From Blepharisma stoltei ATCC 30299 (Eukaryota > Protista > Ciliophora): a DNA stretch of 64,000 nucleotides. Location of the stretch: assembly GCA_965603825.1 (NCBI GenBank), contig CBFDEM010000037.1, positions 1 through 64,000 of the forward strand, written 5' to 3'. Below are positions 61,501 through 64,000 of the stretch, in pieces. Below the pieces are notes generated by a model. The model worked only from the letters and a program-made list of their open reading frames with translations. It did no database searches and was not told where the DNA came from. Each line of letters opens with the position of its first letter. Positions within the stretch are counted from its first letter, which is position 1. The translations under genes and the position numbers were made by a program.

Positions 61501-64000
61501 CTGCGCTGATCCTTGTTCGAATTGCAGCAGCCTGACGTTCTGTTTAAGCTGTGTTGATGCTACAATGACCTTGGCAGCAGCTACTGGTGTTTGTAGGTGT
61601 AAGGATGGATTTTACTTTGATTCAGCAAGTCATAAGTGTTTGGCTTGCGATGTTACATGTGCTACCTGCTCTAGCTCATCAAGTTGCTCTACTTGCAAAG
61701 ATCCTACAATGTCTATTAGTGCCGGTGTTTGTACTTGTCCTGCTCGCCAATATTTCGACACTCAATCTCTGTCCTGCAAGAACTGCGATGCTACCTGTGG
61801 AAAATGCACAAACTCTTCTTCATCATCTTGCACTGCTTGCAGAGATGCAGCTATGACTTTGACCAATGGAGTTTGTACTTGTCAAAGCACCCAATATTTC
61901 AATTTGGTTACAAACGCCTGTAAGACCTGCACTGGACCTTGCAAGAGCTGTACCTCTGATACTTTCTGCACATCTTGTCTTGATACAGCTACTCTCAATT
62001 CTCAAACCGGAGTCTGCTCATGTGCTGACGGCCAATACTTTAACTCTACCCTTTCCAAATGCACAACTTGCAATGGTCTCTGCGACACCTGCTCCTCATA
62101 CTCAACCTGCATAACTTGTGTTGATAAGACAAACCCAATCTCCAATGGTGTATGCACATGTGCAAACGGATACTATGCCTTAGATAAACAATGTGTTAAG
62201 TGTCCTTCCCCATGCTCAACTTGTTCCAGCGCCACAGTATGTACTGGTTGTAAGAAACACGCAACTCTAAATAACTCAAGCAAAAAATGCACTTGTGACA
62301 GAGGCTATGGCCTTAATAGCACTGATACTTCTGGATATTGTGTTGCTACTTGTAATAAGCTTTGCACTGTTTGTGACATTGATAATGCCAATCTTTGCTC
62401 TAGTTGTGTGACAAATGCTGAGCTTACAGGAACAGCTTGTGCTTGTACTGCTAATTCTGCATATAGTAGTGCAGCTGGAGGGTGCGCTTGCAATGCAGGG
62501 TATACTTTGTCAAATAGTAAGTGTGTGGTATGCAAGAGGTATCTTGCACCAAGTGACTTATTGTCTGCTGAATTCAGCTCGTCGTGGACGTCAATTTCTA
62601 TTAATTTCAATACAAAGGTGGACACCTCAGTTGACCCGTCCTGCTCGAAAACTTTCACCGCAGCAACAGTAGCCTTGTTTGGAACTGGTGCAGTTTGCTC
62701 ATGGACTGATAAAAAGACACTCAAAATAGCGTTAGGCACTGGCTTTTCACTGAGGTATAGCACTCTTTATTTGGATGGGACTTATATTCTGAAAGATTCT
62801 ACTGATCCTTGCACTACTAACTATCAGCCTCTTTCGCTGAATCCAACAGCTACATCTAGTCCTGTTCCAGCAGCAGTTATAACTGGCCAATCCAGCTTTA
62901 CTTTAGGCTGCGGATCTGATCCTCTTACATTCTCTGGTGACAAATCTACAGGATCTCTAGGAAATAATTTATCTTACCTCTGGGCCGTTACTTCAATATC
63001 TCCAGCTAACTCCAAAGTATCGGACGCCATCAATAAGAAAGCAACTGCTTCAATTTCTATAGACCGTTCCTACTTTGACTCAACTACCACGACTACAGTG
63101 ACTGTCAGTTTAACAGTGACCAATTTCTTGACCATTTCAAACACTGCTTCCTTTACAACCACAGTCACTGGTGGAAATGCATTGACAGTAATATTTGACC
63201 AAGGCAATACAGTCTCTATGAAATCTTCAACGTCTAAAACACTTAAAGCAAAAGTCACTTCTCTCTGTGGAACAACTACTGGAACTATCACTTGGGCATG
63301 GAGCTACGACAGCGGGCCGACAATAGACTCTGCCTCAATTCTTGCTAACGCAAATGCAGATAAGCTAACTATTAATGCGAATGCTTTGGCAGCAAGCTCT
63401 ACTCCATATGTATTTAAAGCAACTGCTTCACAAGTCAGCAATGGGTCGACAATTACAGGAAGTGCCACTATTTCAGTTACAGTAACCGCTTCACCATTAA
63501 GTGTTGGGCTATCTAAAACAAGTGGAGATGTTTCTCCTGACAGAGACTATACTGTTAACGCCCAAAATTCAAAAGACCCTGACAATCCTAGCTCGACTTA
63601 CAACGATTTCAAATATAAGTGGACTTGTTTGAATAGCTTAGATAACAGTGCATGTGTAGGAGCTGATGGCAAGACTCCTTTGAGTAGCGATACTGACTCC
63701 ACTTTGACTATTCCTTCATCACAAATGGTTAAAGGAGCCCAATGGGAGATTACTTGCACTATATCTAAAGACACAAGAACCGCATCTGCTACAATATCTC
63801 TAAATATTCTGAGCAAGACATCTGACGTCTCAATTGAAATTGAATACAAAGTCGAAAAGTTTAGCCTATCCTCGAATATTGTGATAACTGCTCAAGTCAC
63901 AGCTGCTTCTACAGCTACTTTGAAATGGACTGAAAATTCAGGATCAATCAGCATTTCTCCTAACTATTTGTCTACAATGTCTGTGCCTTCTAGTCAGCTA
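28515..64000 (+). CDS. Giant Cys-rich-repeat surface protein with REJ/PKD-like region (polycystin-1-like architecture), >11,800 aa, runs off the window; two +1 frameshifts (~45390, ~51657)
   Basis: Signal peptide MAYKNMFKRFLLCFIIAFMQLHA, then CxxC furin-like repeats throughout. Track ORFs 28488-45425 and 45358-51666 and an unterminated frame 51659-64000 continue the same repeat register across single-base insertions. Cys-poor beta-rich region from ~62520. Confidence 0.85.
29217..33122 (+). repeat. 24 tandem 162-nt (54-aa) coding repeats, KKT[ST]CC...C..C.D.NC..CEDSG.G..C.QC
   Basis: 25 KKT[ST]CC anchors; first at 29217 and last at 33105 (3888 = 24 x 162). 4-unit higher-order period of 648 nt (track ORFs 30709 vs 31357). 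Confidence 0.95.
35400..60200 (+). repeat. About 27 tandem ~918-930-nt (~308-aa) coding repeats, each five ~61-aa 10-Cys modules, with an 1848-nt higher-order period
   Basis: One Y[NYK]WI/FNWI anchor every ~918-930 nt from ~35590 to ~59615. Shadow ORFs recur at 1848-nt spacing (37054/38902, 40744/42592, 47207/49055, 51822/53670). Confidence 0.95.
62520..64000 (+). other. REJ/PKD-like domain region of the giant protein
   Basis: Frame from 62522 reads LLSAEFSSSWTSISINFN...ALFGTGAVCSWTDKKTLKI...PVPAAVITG...LTFSGDKSTGSLGNNLSYLW...VSLTVTNFL...LTINANAL...VNAQNSKDPDNP...FKYKWTC...LTIP...ISKDTRTASAT, typical of REJ (PF02010)-type modules. Confidence 0.78.

Noticed and set aside
28500-63849. Dozens of short alternative-frame and antisense ORFs (MPAKGINLKQ..., MGSFASA..., etc.)
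   Set aside because: Shadows of the repetitive giant CDS; they recur with the 648/918/1848-nt periods and have no independent coding signal.

Overview
Left end of a heterotrich ciliate macronuclear chromosome, most likely Blepharisma. Evidence: a ~1.77 kb (CCCTAACA)n telomere, TGA read as Trp (TGA/TGG alternate at equivalent Trp sites of paralogues) while TAA/TAG are stops, and 15-16 nt GTAAT-type introns. The supplied ORF track treats TGA as stop and so fragments most genes. Re-read with TGA=Trp, 1.8-27 kb holds: a kelch-like gene cut by the telomere at what looks like the tail of a kinase domain; USP and SCOT pseudogenes; a coiled-coil RING protein; an AN1 zinc finger; a CFAP20-domain protein; a CNBD K+ channel; three TMEM184/OST-alpha paralogues plus a relic, interleaved with a GST; HPRT; a membrane-anchored cyclic-nucleotide PDE; and several small orphans and pseudogenes, one a gene copy inserted between 16-bp direct repeats. 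From 28,515 to the window end is one apparently intronless gene of >11,800 codons: signal peptide, 24 x 54-aa vicinal-Cys repeats, ~27 hierarchically arranged ~308-aa Cys-rich units, then a REJ/PKD-like region (polycystin-1-like giant surface protein). Its two +1 frameshifts look like consensus artefacts. All family calls are from motif recognition by eye; no searches were run.
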